This document shows positions 7,987 through 16,173 of a stretch of DNA of 31,852 nt, piece after piece. Origin of the DNA: a virus (taxonomy: Duplodnaviria > Caudoviricetes); IMG/VR virus record IMGVR_UViG_3300031949_000128, positions 1 to 31,852 of that record; one strand, 5' to 3'. How positions within the stretch are numbered: the first letter of the stretch is position 1; each line of letters begins with the position of its first letter. The notes below the pieces were generated by a model, which saw nothing but the letters and a program-made list of their open reading frames with translations, made no database searches and had not been told where the DNA came from. Position numbers and translations under genes: made by a program.

Positions 7987-10277
7987 CAGCCTCCCCTTCC
8001 GATGAGCGATGCGGCGCCGGCGAACCGCGGCGACAGCACGCGCCCGACCTCACGCCCGTCCAGCGTGATCGAGAGCCCGGCGATCTGCTTCGCGACGGCG
8101 TCCCCGATCATTCGGGCCAACATTGCCTCATCGCGCGCTGGCCCGCCGCTGCGGCCGGCCAGCATCGCCCGCGTCTGGTCGGCCGTAAAGACTTCGCTGC
8201 GCTGCGGTAGCGCCACCAGTTCCGGCCCCCGCTCTCCCACGAGCTGGAGCGCCGAACGCACCGTCCCGCCGCCGGCGTGGGGGGCGACCCAGAAGCGCGA
8301 GCTGATGCCAAGCTCGCTGGAAGAGAGCTTGATTCGCTCCACCGCCGCCGCCGCGAGCCAGAGTTCCGGGTCGACGTCAGCCACAATGCTGATGCGCGTC
8401 TTCTCCGGCAATGCGTTGAGGGCGCCGATGACGTTGGTCTGCCATGCCTCGTTAAACTTCGAGGTGGCGGCGACGACCTTGGCGATCGCCGTCTCGGCGG
8501 CCGCCCGCATGATGCCCGGCATAACCTGCTGCAGCGTCTTCGCCGCCGCGATCGGATCGTCCCGGAAGAACTGGGCGAAGTCGGCCGCGAACTCCGGCCC
8601 CTGCGTCCGCACGACGGCCATGATGTCGTCGACGCCGCGCACATGCTGCTTGACCAAGGCGTCCATGATGACCTGCAGGTTCCCCTCCATCGTTGAGTAG
8701 TCCTGCCCCAGGTCCGTGAGCCGCTGCTTCCAGTCGCCGAAGCTCTCGTCGACGTCCGGCATCACCTCGCTGAGCCCGTCCTGAATGCCCGACGTGAAGT
8801 CCTTGAACAGCTCGCTCGCCTTCCCGGCCTCCTCGGCGGCTGCCGCCAGCGCCGGGTTCAGCTCGTCCTCCAGCGCGCCCGCCATCTCCTGCGCCCGGCG
8901 CTGCATTCCGGTGATCTCGCGGGCCGTCTCGCCGGCTGAGATCGCCAGATCGCTGGCGTGAATCGCTGCCTCTTCTATACCGCCGAAATCGCGGCTGCCG
9001 GTTACGATCTCCTTGATGGCATCCTTAAACAGAACCAGATTCTGGAAGTCTGGACCTCCCAGCACCCCCAGGAAGTCCAGACCCTTCTCGGCCATCTTCG
9101 CCAGGCCCTCGGCCGACAGTCCGGTCTGCTCATCGAAGCCGCTGACGTCGCCCTTCGCTACCCGCGCCATCGCGGCTAGCACGGCAATGGCATCCGAGGC
9201 CGTCGTCGCTGCCGACGCCACCAGCGGCAGCGTCTCCGCCCCCAGCTCCTGCAGGGCGACGTTCAGGTCGTTCATCGCCTTCTGCATCTTGAACTGGGTG
9301 GTGTCGGAGACCTCCTCGAAGCCCCGGTCCAGGTTTCCCGTGGCCGTGTCCATGTTCCCGAGAATCTCCGCGTAGGCGTCGCCCTGGACGCCCGCCGTCG
9401 CCAGCACGTTCGTCAGCCCGCGCACGTCGGGGAACAGCGTGGAGATCGCCTCTTCGTTGCCCGCGAACTTCTTCATCAGCATGTCCAGCACGGAGAGCAG
9501 CCCCTTCTCGCGCACCTGCTCACGGACCTGCTCCATCGACATGCCGACGCTCGCCAGCAGCTCCTTCGCCTCCTCTGACGGCTTGAGGAGCTGCACCATC
9601 ACGCCGCGCAGGCCGGTGGCCGCCTCCTCCGCCGACACGCCCAGCCGCGTGAACGTGGCCATGTTCGCGGCCACCTCCTCGAAGCTGATGCCCATCTGCG
9701 AGGCGATAGGCACGACGCGGCCCAGGACGCCGGAAAATGCATCAGCTTCAGCTTTTCCGTCCTTGACCGCCTGCATCAGGACGTCCGTCACCCGGCCGGC
9801 CTGGCCCGCCTCCATCTGGTAGGCGTTCAGCACCGTCGTCAGGGCGTCGGCGACGACGGCGGTGTCGCCCAGGCCGACCGTGGACGCCTTCGCGGCGATC
9901 TCCAGCACGTCGGCGGCGTCGGCGGCGTCCGTGATGCCCGATGAGAGGATGAAGTAGGCGCCGGCGCCCAGCTCCGCTGACGACTTGGGCATCGTCTTCT
10001 GCATGTCCCGAATGGAGCCCTTGAGGAAGTCGGTGTCCTCTGCCGTAGCGCCGGTCAGGGCGCGTATCTGGGCCATCTGGTGCTCGTAGGCGGCGGCCGC
10101 ACCTATGGACTTGACGATGACGTTCTTGGCGCCCATCATCGCGGCCTCCATGCCGCCGAAGCCGATTGCTGCGGCAGCGCCCGTCTTGACCATTGAGCCC
10201 AGGCTCACCGTGGCCTTGCCCACGGGGCCCGAGAACTGGTCCCGGCCCTTGATGACGATCTCCAGTACGGCCGGCAT
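7986..10277 (-). CDS. Tail tape measure protein, TP901-type core (763 aa)
   Basis: Ala-rich helical protein with a TP901 core-like region. C-terminal HAGGG..LVGERGPELV and ITLDGREVG motifs. Follows the chaperone pair. Confidence 0.93.
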   Translation of the reverse strand: MPAVLEIVIKGRDQFSGPVGKATVSLGSMVKTGAAAAIGFGGMEAAMMGAKNVIVKSIGAAAAYEHQMAQIRALTGATAEDTDFLKGSIRDMQKTMPKSSAELGAGAYFILSSGITDAADAADVLEIAAKASTVGLGDTAVVADALTTVLNAYQMEAGQAGRVTDVLMQAVKDGKAEADAFSGVLGRVVPIASQMGISFEEVAANMATFTRLGVSAEEAATGLRGVMVQLLKPSEEAKELLASVGMSMEQVREQVREKGLLSVLDMLMKKFAGNEEAISTLFPDVRGLTNVLATAGVQGDAYAEILGNMDTATGNLDRGFEEVSDTTQFKMQKAMNDLNVALQELGAETLPLVASAATTASDAIAVLAAMARVAKGDVSGFDEQTGLSAEGLAKMAEKGLDFLGVLGGPDFQNLVLFKDAIKEIVTGSRDFGGIEEAAIHASDLAISAGETAREITGMQRRAQEMAGALEDELNPALAAAAEEAGKASELFKDFTSGIQDGLSEVMPDVDESFGDWKQRLTDLGQDYSTMEGNLQVIMDALVKQHVRGVDDIMAVVRTQGPEFAADFAQFFRDDPIAAAKTLQQVMPGIMRAAAETAIAKVVAATSKFNEAWQTNVIGALNALPEKTRISIVADVDPELWLAAAAVERIKLSSSELGISSRFWVAPHAGGGTVRSALQLVGERGPELVALPQRSEVFTADQTRAMLAGRSGGPARDEAMLARMIGDAVAKQIAGLSITLDGREVGRVLSPRFAGAASLIGRGG

Positions 10278-10280
10278 CCC

Positions 10281-10840
10281 CTACTCCCGCTGCTGCTCTC
10301 TGATCTGCTTCACGATCTCGTCCTCAACCTCCAGCAGCTCCGCTTCCGCCGCCAGCTCGTCCTCGGGCACATCCATTAGCGTCCACGGCGGCACGCTGTA
10401 CGCCTTGGCGACCCGCCGGACCGCCCAGAGCGTGTACCCTATCCTTCCCCCGTCCCCGCCTTCGGCGTCGGGGAAGCCGTGGTATCGGGCGATCCCTTCG
10501 TCGATGAGCCGCTCTCTAAAGGGCCGGGCATGGCCCCCTCTTGGATCACCGCCGTTCGCACCTTCAGCATCGCCGCCACCAGGTCGCCGGGGATCTCCTC
10601 GAACCCGGCCGTGCTGTGCGGGATGCGTTTGCCTTCGCCGTCGTAGAGCCGCCAGCCCGGAAAGAGCTGCAGCAGTATCTCCTCCGCCTCGCCCTCCGGC
10701 GATTTCTTGCTGAGCCCGAAATAGCGCTTTATCAGCCGCGGCGGCGCGTTGGTGCGCACGTCGATCTCGAATCCGGGGTAGCCTTCATCGTCCAGCGCGG
10801 CCGTCACCGTCTTGATCGGCATCTTCGGACCCTTCGCCAT
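10281..10840 (-). CDS. Tail assembly chaperone, -1 frameshifted long form (gpGT analogue)
   Basis: The -1 frame after CCCTTTA reads RERLIDEG...VAKAYSVPPWTLMDVPEDE...QQRE* and ends 3 nt before the tape measure start. Confidence 0.8.
10439..10840 (-). CDS. Tail assembly chaperone, short form (gpG analogue, 133 aa)
   Basis: Lies between tail tube and tape measure. Contains the GWRLYDGEGKRIP motif. Confidence 0.8.
   Translation of the reverse strand: MAKGPKMPIKTVTAALDDEGYPGFEIDVRTNAPPRLIKRYFGLSKKSPEGEAEEILLQLFPGWRLYDGEGKRIPHSTAGFEEIPGDLVAAMLKVRTAVIQEGAMPGPLESGSSTKGSPDTTASPTPKAGTGEG
10517..10523 (-). promoter_or_regulatory. -1 programmed ribosomal frameshift slippery site C CCT TTA
   Basis: X XXY YYZ heptamer in the correct register in the chaperone ORF (GGC CCT TTA GAG). 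Confidence 0.8.
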
Positions 10841-10907
10841 AAAGCCCCACCCTTCCGTTGACGAGCCGTAGCCCGCTTCGTCCGCTCCCATTAACGCCGT
10901 CGCCCGG

Positions 10908-11315
10908 CTAGACTTCCGTCACCGCGCCCGTCGTCTGCAGGATCACCTCGACGCCGTGAAAGGCGCCCTTGACCGGCTTGCGGCTGATCTTCGACAGCCA
11001 GCATTCCACGCTGGAGGTCTTACCAGACTTCCAGGTGATCAGCAGCGTCGAACTCGCCGCCACGCCGACCAGGTTCAGCGCGACGCCGTTCAGGCTGGCC
11101 GCGGCGTCGTCATACGGCCCCCTGAGCGTGACCTGGCCGGCCCGCTTCAGCCCTACCGGGGCGTGCGCCTCGTCGTCGTCTCCCGCCGCCGTCACGTCCT
11201 GGAGGACCATCTCGCGCTCCAGCCCGTCGATCTCCGTGACATAGGCGCTGATGTCCGCCGGCGAAGTCGGGTTATCCAGACTGATCGCCAGAACGTCCCA
11301 TCCTACTCGGGCCAT
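10908..11315 (-). CDS. Tail tube protein paralog B (135 aa)
   Basis: DISAYVTEID, PVGLKR and LQTTGAVT motifs. Strong SD GAGGAGG. Aligns by eye to the N-terminal domain of the upstream gene. Confidence 0.75.
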   Translation of the reverse strand: MARVGWDVLAISLDNPTSPADISAYVTEIDGLEREMVLQDVTAAGDDDEAHAPVGLKRAGQVTLRGPYDDAAASLNGVALNLVGVAASSTLLITWKSGKTSSVECWLSKISRKPVKGAFHGVEVILQTTGAVTEV

Positions 11316-11336
11316 CTCCTAACCTCCTCTGGAATG

Positions 11337-11360
11337 CCAGAAGCCGCCCCGAAGGGCGGC
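11337..11360 (-). terminator. GC hairpin with UUCG tetraloop, weak intrinsic terminator or stabiliser
   Basis: Minus strand GCCGCCC-TTCG-GGGCGGC followed by only TTCT. Confidence 0.55.
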
Positions 11361-11391
11361 CCCTGTGTGCTGCCTTTACTGTTGAGCTTTC

Positions 11392-12126
11392 TTAGCCGCG
11401 CGCGAACCCTACGACGAACGTCACGCTCTGGCCCGATCCCGAACCCCCGTAGGCCCACGAGCTGGCCAAGTGGCGATTAATTACCCCCGCGACCGTCAGC
11501 CGCTGGCCCGCCGGCGCCGCCGTGATCGCCGTGAACGCGATCAGGTCCGCGTAGGTCACATCGTCCGCGGAATGCCGGACCTTCAGCGCCACGTTCGTGT
11601 AGCCGCCCAGCGTGAGCTGCGACACCTCCGCGTACCCGGCGCCGCCGTTGGCGCTCGACCCCAGGTTGTCCACGGAGCTCGCGCCCTCGGTGTTCCCTGC
11701 CGTCGTCTCCTGCGTGTGCGCGTGCAGGATGATCCCCTCGTCCACCGGCCCCGTCACCTGGTACTCCGCCTCCGCCTTGTGCAGCGTTCCCTTGCTGGCG
11801 AGCCGCCGGTACTTCGTCGTGATCGCCCCGGCCCAGCCGATGAACTTCTTGCCGATCGTGTTCCCCTCCAGGGCGATCGCGGCCGTCCTCTGGGCGAAGG
11901 CGACCAAGTGATCGTGCACGGAGTTGGCGGCGTCGTCGAAGAATCCGCGCTGGCTCAGCGTGCCGCGCTTCAGCCCCACCGGCAGCCAGGCCTCGTTGGC
12001 GTCGCCGAGCACGGTGTTGTCCTCCAGCACGACCTCACGCTCCGTGTCGATCTCGGTGAGCGTGCTGAGGATGCTCCGGCCGTCGAAGAGGGCGAACCCT
12101 ACGTCTGGACTACCCTTGCGCGTCAT
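11392..12126 (-). CDS. Tail tube protein paralog A with C-terminal beta-sandwich extension (244 aa)
   Basis: SD GGAGGAGG before ATG 12126. TEIDTEREVVLEDNTVLGD..PVGLKRG tube-like N-domain plus about 120 extra residues. Confidence 0.75.
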   Translation of the reverse strand: MTRKGSPDVGFALFDGRSILSTLTEIDTEREVVLEDNTVLGDANEAWLPVGLKRGTLSQRGFFDDAANSVHDHLVAFAQRTAAIALEGNTIGKKFIGWAGAITTKYRRLASKGTLHKAEAEYQVTGPVDEGIILHAHTQETTAGNTEGASSVDNLGSSANGGAGYAEVSQLTLGGYTNVALKVRHSADDVTYADLIAFTAITAAPAGQRLTVAGVINRHLASSWAYGGSGSGQSVTFVVGFARG

Positions 12127-12379
12127 CCGCCACCTCCTCCAGATACCTTTGCTCAATGAGCCAAGGCACGCTCACGGCCGGCACGTCGTCCACCACCGCC
12201 CCCGCTGGCACTTCCTTCACTCCGCGCTCCTCAAAGGCGATGCTCTCGCCCGCCTGGATGCGCTTGATGATCTCCGGGTCCGTCGGGTAGGAGATCCGGT
12301 ACAGCCGTTGCACCTTCGCCGGCGCCTCCTGCCAGGACTCCGGCAGCAGCACGCGGTATCGCTTCTTCGTGATCGTCAT
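12110..12379 (-). CDS. Small neck/tail-region hypothetical protein (89 aa)
   Basis: ATGA overlap start. Contains AGAVVDDVP..SVPWLIEQ. Confidence 0.65.
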   Translation of the reverse strand: MTITKKRYRVLLPESWQEAPAKVQRLYRISYPTDPEIIKRIQAGESIAFEERGVKEVPAGAVVDDVPAVSVPWLIEQRYLEEVADDAQG

Positions 12380-13065
12380 ACTGTCCCCGCTTTCAGGATC
12401 GCGGCGCCGGCGCTGTGGGCCGCCACCGTGGTGCCGTCGTAGGCGCGGCCAAGGATGAGTGCGTTCGACGGAGCGTATGCCCGCGCCACAATCATCCGCT
12501 CACTATCAATCTGGATGATGTCGAAGTCCTGAATTGGATCGCCGGTGGACGCGTAGATCGCATTTGTCCCGTTCACATCGGCGGCGAGGCCGGCCCCGCC
12601 CAGCGTACAGGCGGGGTCGTAGGGCACGGCGCCGACTGTTGCCGGAGAGTTCACGTGGAAGCCGATCAGGAAGTCCAGGCCGGCGTAGTCGCGGGCGCCG
12701 TAGGTGAACCCCTTCGGCTCCTCCCAGCGGAACCCGAAGACGGTGGCGTGGCTCTGCAACCCGCTCTCAGCCTGGAACGCCACGATGGTCGCCGCCCGGA
12801 ACGCCCGCACTAGCCGCGCCGCCGTACCCAGGTCCGAGTCCTGCAGTAGCAGTCGGCAGCGCTCCGTGTGATCTTCCTCCGTCGCGTCTCCGCCCACCAT
12901 CCACTCCACCTGGCCAGCAGAGCCGTAGAGGATAAAGCAAGGGTGATCCTCCACCGTCGCCGGCGGGTCTTCGTAGACCTTCTTGATCGCCATCGCGGTC
13001 GGTGACGTGATAGCGACTGTAGCCAGCACCGTCGCTATGCGGGACCGAGCGTCTTCGTATCCCAC
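12376..13065 (-). CDS. Tail terminator-like protein with extra C-terminal domain
   Basis: Position after the neck gene. About 140 aa core (DPPATVEDHPCFILY) plus an IQIDSERM...GRAYDGTTVAAHSAGA module. Confidence 0.6.
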   Translation of the reverse strand: MGYEDARSRIATVLATVAITSPTAMAIKKVYEDPPATVEDHPCFILYGSAGQVEWMVGGDATEEDHTERCRLLLQDSDLGTAARLVRAFRAATIVAFQAESGLQSHATVFGFRWEEPKGFTYGARDYAGLDFLIGFHVNSPATVGAVPYDPACTLGGAGLAADVNGTNAIYASTGDPIQDFDIIQIDSERMIVARAYAPSNALILGRAYDGTTVAAHSAGAAILKAGTV

Positions 13066-13584
13066 CTACGCCGCCCGCCTCGCCCAGCGCTCCTCGATTC
13101 GCCGTTCGTGCTCCCGGATCATCTCCGGCAGCTTTTCCCCCAGCGCCTCCGCCGTGTGCTCAAGGAAGAACACGCCCTGCGTGCCCCGCGCCGCGATCAG
13201 CCTCTGGATCGCCTTCGGGTTCGCGTGGTAGCCGTGCGACTTCAGCCAGCGCTTTATCGTCCTCACCGGCGGCGCCAGGCCGGCTCGCCGCCCGTAGTTC
13301 ACCGTCGGCGCCAGGCCGCCCAGCGACGACCGCATCCCGTGTCCGCGGCCGATGATGCCGACGCGGGCATGGAGCGCCACCCCGCCGCCGCTCAGCTCGT
13401 AAGTCACGGCCTCGGCCAGCGTCCCCTTGTCCGCAGCGTGCGGCTTCGCCCGCTTCGCCATCTCCTCGCGCCCGAACTTAGCCGCATCCTCGTACAGCGG
13501 CCGCAGCATGTCCGGCACCTGCCGGAGCTGCGCCGCTACCGCCTCCCCGCCGATCACCGTGACGGTCGTGCTCCGCTCCACCAT
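13066..13584 (-). CDS. HK97 gp10-like neck/tail completion protein
   Basis: DKGTLAEAV, VNYGRRAG..PP and RGTQGVFFL motifs. Basic protein in the expected position. Confidence 0.75.
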   Translation of the reverse strand: MVERSTTVTVIGGEAVAAQLRQVPDMLRPLYEDAAKFGREEMAKRAKPHAADKGTLAEAVTYELSGGGVALHARVGIIGRGHGMRSSLGGLAPTVNYGRRAGLAPPVRTIKRWLKSHGYHANPKAIQRLIAARGTQGVFFLEHTAEALGEKLPEMIREHERRIEERWARRAA

Positions 13585-14213
13585 CAGACGAACAGCCTCC
13601 TGCGGCCATACTCAGCCTTTATCCGCTGGATGAGGCTGAACGCCGCCGGCGAGAGGTTGACAGCCTGGTCGATGTTCTCCAGGCTGAGCGTGAAGCCCGC
13701 CTTCTCCAGGTCCCGCAGCTCCCGCGTCACCAGGACCGTCGCCTCCTTGATCGCCGGCGGCACCGCCGCCCAGCCGAACTTCGCCGTCACCTGCACCTTG
13801 CGCAGCCCAGACGGCCACGCGCTCAGGCGGCCGTTGGCCGGCACGATGTCCAGGAACCGGAAGGGCGAGACCTCCGGGCCCAGCGCCGCGTTGGCCGGCC
13901 CGATCCAGTAGTGCGTGTCCTGCGTTAGCGTCTCGTCCGCCCCGGTGAAGGCGTAGTCGTCGTCCAGGTCCGCCTTCACGATCAGGCCCGTCGCCGTCGC
14001 CACGTCATCGATGTAGAGCCGTGTCAGGCCGTTCCCGTCGTACAGCCGCGCGACGACCGCCGCATCGATGCCGAAGAACCGCTCCGATTCCCGCTCGATC
14101 AGCCGTGAGACGGCCGCCAGCAGGGCGTCCAGCAACGTCGTATCGGTCGCATCGGACTGGCCTGCCCTGCTCCGGTATTCCGCCGCCGTGGCGTAAGCTG
14201 CATCGACTGCCAT
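13584..14213 (-). CDS. Head-tail adaptor (gp6/gp15-like)
   Basis: YATAAE..., AVSRLIERESERFF and VQVTAKFGWAAVPPAIKEA motifs. Confidence 0.85.
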   Translation of the reverse strand: MAVDAAYATAAEYRSRAGQSDATDTTLLDALLAAVSRLIERESERFFGIDAAVVARLYDGNGLTRLYIDDVATATGLIVKADLDDDYAFTGADETLTQDTHYWIGPANAALGPEVSPFRFLDIVPANGRLSAWPSGLRKVQVTAKFGWAAVPPAIKEATVLVTRELRDLEKAGFTLSLENIDQAVNLSPAAFSLIQRIKAEYGRRRLFV

Positions 14214-14219
14214 CTACGG

Positions 14220-14705
14220 CTAGCCCTTTGCCTTCTTCGTGCGCCGCTTGCGGACGGCCTTGTCCTGTGGTGGCCCCTCTACCTCCTTCGCCTCCCCGGC
14301 GACGGGGTCCGACTCGCCCTCCGGCGCCTGCTCACCAGCCTCAGACTCCGGCGGGGCTTCGGCGTCAGGACTCGCCCCTTCGGGGGCGCCTTCGTCTTCC
14401 CCCCGGTCGCTCTCCTCCGTCTCCGGCTCGCCCTCCGGCTCGCCCTCGGTCTCCTCGACAGTGCCCGGGATCTCGGACTCCGGGTCCGCCGCCATATCCG
14501 CTTCCGCCTCCAGGCTCGGATCAAGCTCGAAGCGCTCGAACTCCTCCCGCGACACCTCGTGCCCCGGCGTGCAGTAGAGGAAGGCCGCGTCCGGGTGGCC
14601 TTCCGGCACGAGCCGCGTGCCGTCGGCCGTCCGGTAGAGCCGCTGATCGACTGCCACCTTCGGCGACGGCGCCTCCTGCTTGATGTAACTGATGTTGAGT
14701 GCCAT
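14220..14705 (-). CDS. Head-module hypothetical protein with acidic low-complexity linker and basic tail
   Basis: RLYRTADGTRLVPEGHPDAAFL N-domain, E/P/G-rich middle, KRRTKKAKG end. Confidence 0.7.
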   Translation of the reverse strand: MALNISYIKQEAPSPKVAVDQRLYRTADGTRLVPEGHPDAAFLYCTPGHEVSREEFERFELDPSLEAEADMAADPESEIPGTVEETEGEPEGEPETEESDRGEDEGAPEGASPDAEAPPESEAGEQAPEGESDPVAGEAKEVEGPPQDKAVRKRRTKKAKG

Positions 14706-14722
14706 CGTTCCTCAGCCTCCTG

Positions 14723-15064
14723 CTAGCCGGCCTTCGCGATCCCGACCACGGTGGCGGTGCCGGGCGTGTCCGCCACGGTCGACTTGATCTTCACGCGGTA
14801 GTAGCGATACGGGGCCTGGGCCACCACGTAGGTGCCTTTGCCCGCGGCCGCTACAGCCGCCTCGGCCTGCACCACCACCTCATCGCTGTAGTCGGCGGCG
14901 TTGGCCCCGAAGACCGTCCAGTCCACCGAGGCCGTGGCCACCTTGATCGTGTAGGCCAGGGACTTCCACGGCCCCGTATCGATGGCCGCCAGCGCCACCA
15001 GCGCGTTCGTGCTCGCCAGCCCAACCGGCGCCACCGTCTCGAAGTTGTTAGTCGTTACCGCCAT
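14723..15064 (-). CDS. Putative capsid decoration beta-sandwich protein (113 aa)
   Basis: GGAGGA SD. A/V/T-rich with PYRYYRVKIK. Head module position. Confidence 0.6.
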   Translation of the reverse strand: MAVTTNNFETVAPVGLASTNALVALAAIDTGPWKSLAYTIKVATASVDWTVFGANAADYSDEVVVQAEAAVAAAGKGTYVVAQAPYRYYRVKIKSTVADTPGTATVVGIAKAG

Positions 15065-15078
15065 GCCGTCCTCCCGCC

Positions 15079-16047
15079 TTACGTCTGGACCAGTTCGAGC
15101 ACGACCGGCGTGCTGTTCAGGGCCGAATTGAGGTCGGCCGTGTTGTCCTCCAGGTCGGTGGCGTCGAACACGACGGTCGGCGCCGTCCCTTCGAGCACGT
15201 TGTCCAGGTAGGCTGCCCGTAGCGTGTTCCGGGCCAGGCGGTGGCCGATGCCGATCACGTCGCCGAAGCCGATCGCCGTCGTCGCCCCGGTGCCGTCGTG
15301 GGCGGGGATCGTCACGCTGGTGATCGTCTTGAACGCCTTCGCTCCCGCGACCGTGCCTGCGGTGTTCACCGTGAACGCGGGTAGCGTCTCCGTGATCGCC
15401 TGGTCCTCAGCATTCGTGCCCGCGACGATGACCTGGATCGCCTTGATGTCGGCGGCCGTGCCGCCCGCCGTCGCCGTGATGTTGCGCGGCACCTCGGGCG
15501 TGTTCAGGCCCGTCGTGATGACCTGCTGAACGCCCGTATCGGTCACCGCCGCCAGGATGCCGTCCGTATCCGCTACGGCCGGTGCGCCCGCCGCCCCGAT
15601 GGACGTTGTAGCGCCCGTGCCGTCGTGCGCGGGGATCGTCACGCTCGTCACCTTCGAGAAGACCTGGACGCCCGTCACGGTTCCTGCCGTGTTCACCGTG
15701 AAGGCGGGCAGCACTTCTGTCAGTGCTTCACCCTTCGCGCCCAGGCCGACGATGGTCACCGTGATCGCCTTAATGTCCGCTGCTGTCCCGCCCGCCGTCG
15801 CGGTAATGCGCCGCGGCCGGTCAAACGGGTTGATGCCAGTCGTGATCACCTGCTGCGCGCCGGTGTCCGTTACCGCTGCCAGGATCGCCGCCACGCCCAG
15901 GGCCGATGCCCCGATGGTGTCAGCCAGGACGTTCTGCCGGGCGCCGGGGATGACCACACCGCCCTCAATGATCGCGGCACGCACCATCGCCCCGATGAGC
16001 CAGAACAGCGCCAGCCAGACGATCCCCTTCGTAAGCTGCTTCCTCAT
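15079..16047 (-). CDS. Putative head decoration/structural protein with two 109-aa repeats and a hydrophobic N-terminal leader
   Basis: Follows the major capsid gene. ILAAVTDTG...TSVTIPAHDGTGATT occurs twice, 327 nt apart. Strong SD. Confidence 0.7.
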   Translation of the reverse strand: MRKQLTKGIVWLALFWLIGAMVRAAIIEGGVVIPGARQNVLADTIGASALGVAAILAAVTDTGAQQVITTGINPFDRPRRITATAGGTAADIKAITVTIVGLGAKGEALTEVLPAFTVNTAGTVTGVQVFSKVTSVTIPAHDGTGATTSIGAAGAPAVADTDGILAAVTDTGVQQVITTGLNTPEVPRNITATAGGTAADIKAIQVIVAGTNAEDQAITETLPAFTVNTAGTVAGAKAFKTITSVTIPAHDGTGATTAIGFGDVIGIGHRLARNTLRAAYLDNVLEGTAPTVVFDATDLEDNTADLNSALNSTPVVLELVQT

Positions 16048-16084
16048 CTCGGTTTCCCTTCCTCCTTGCCGTCCTCTTGAAGCC

Positions 16085-16150
16085 GAGGGGAGCGGCCCGC
16101 TAGGGGGGGGTGTCTAAGAAATTGGCCCCCCAAATGAGGCCGCTCCCCTC
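16085..16150. promoter_or_regulatory. Long intergenic stem-loop after the major capsid gene
   Basis: Perfect 13-bp inverted repeat GAGGGGAGCGGCC / GGCCGCTCCCCTC with an inner G-run/C-run stem. No U-tract. Confidence 0.6.
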
Positions 16151-16173
16151 TGGAAGCTCAGGTCAGGCGGTTG

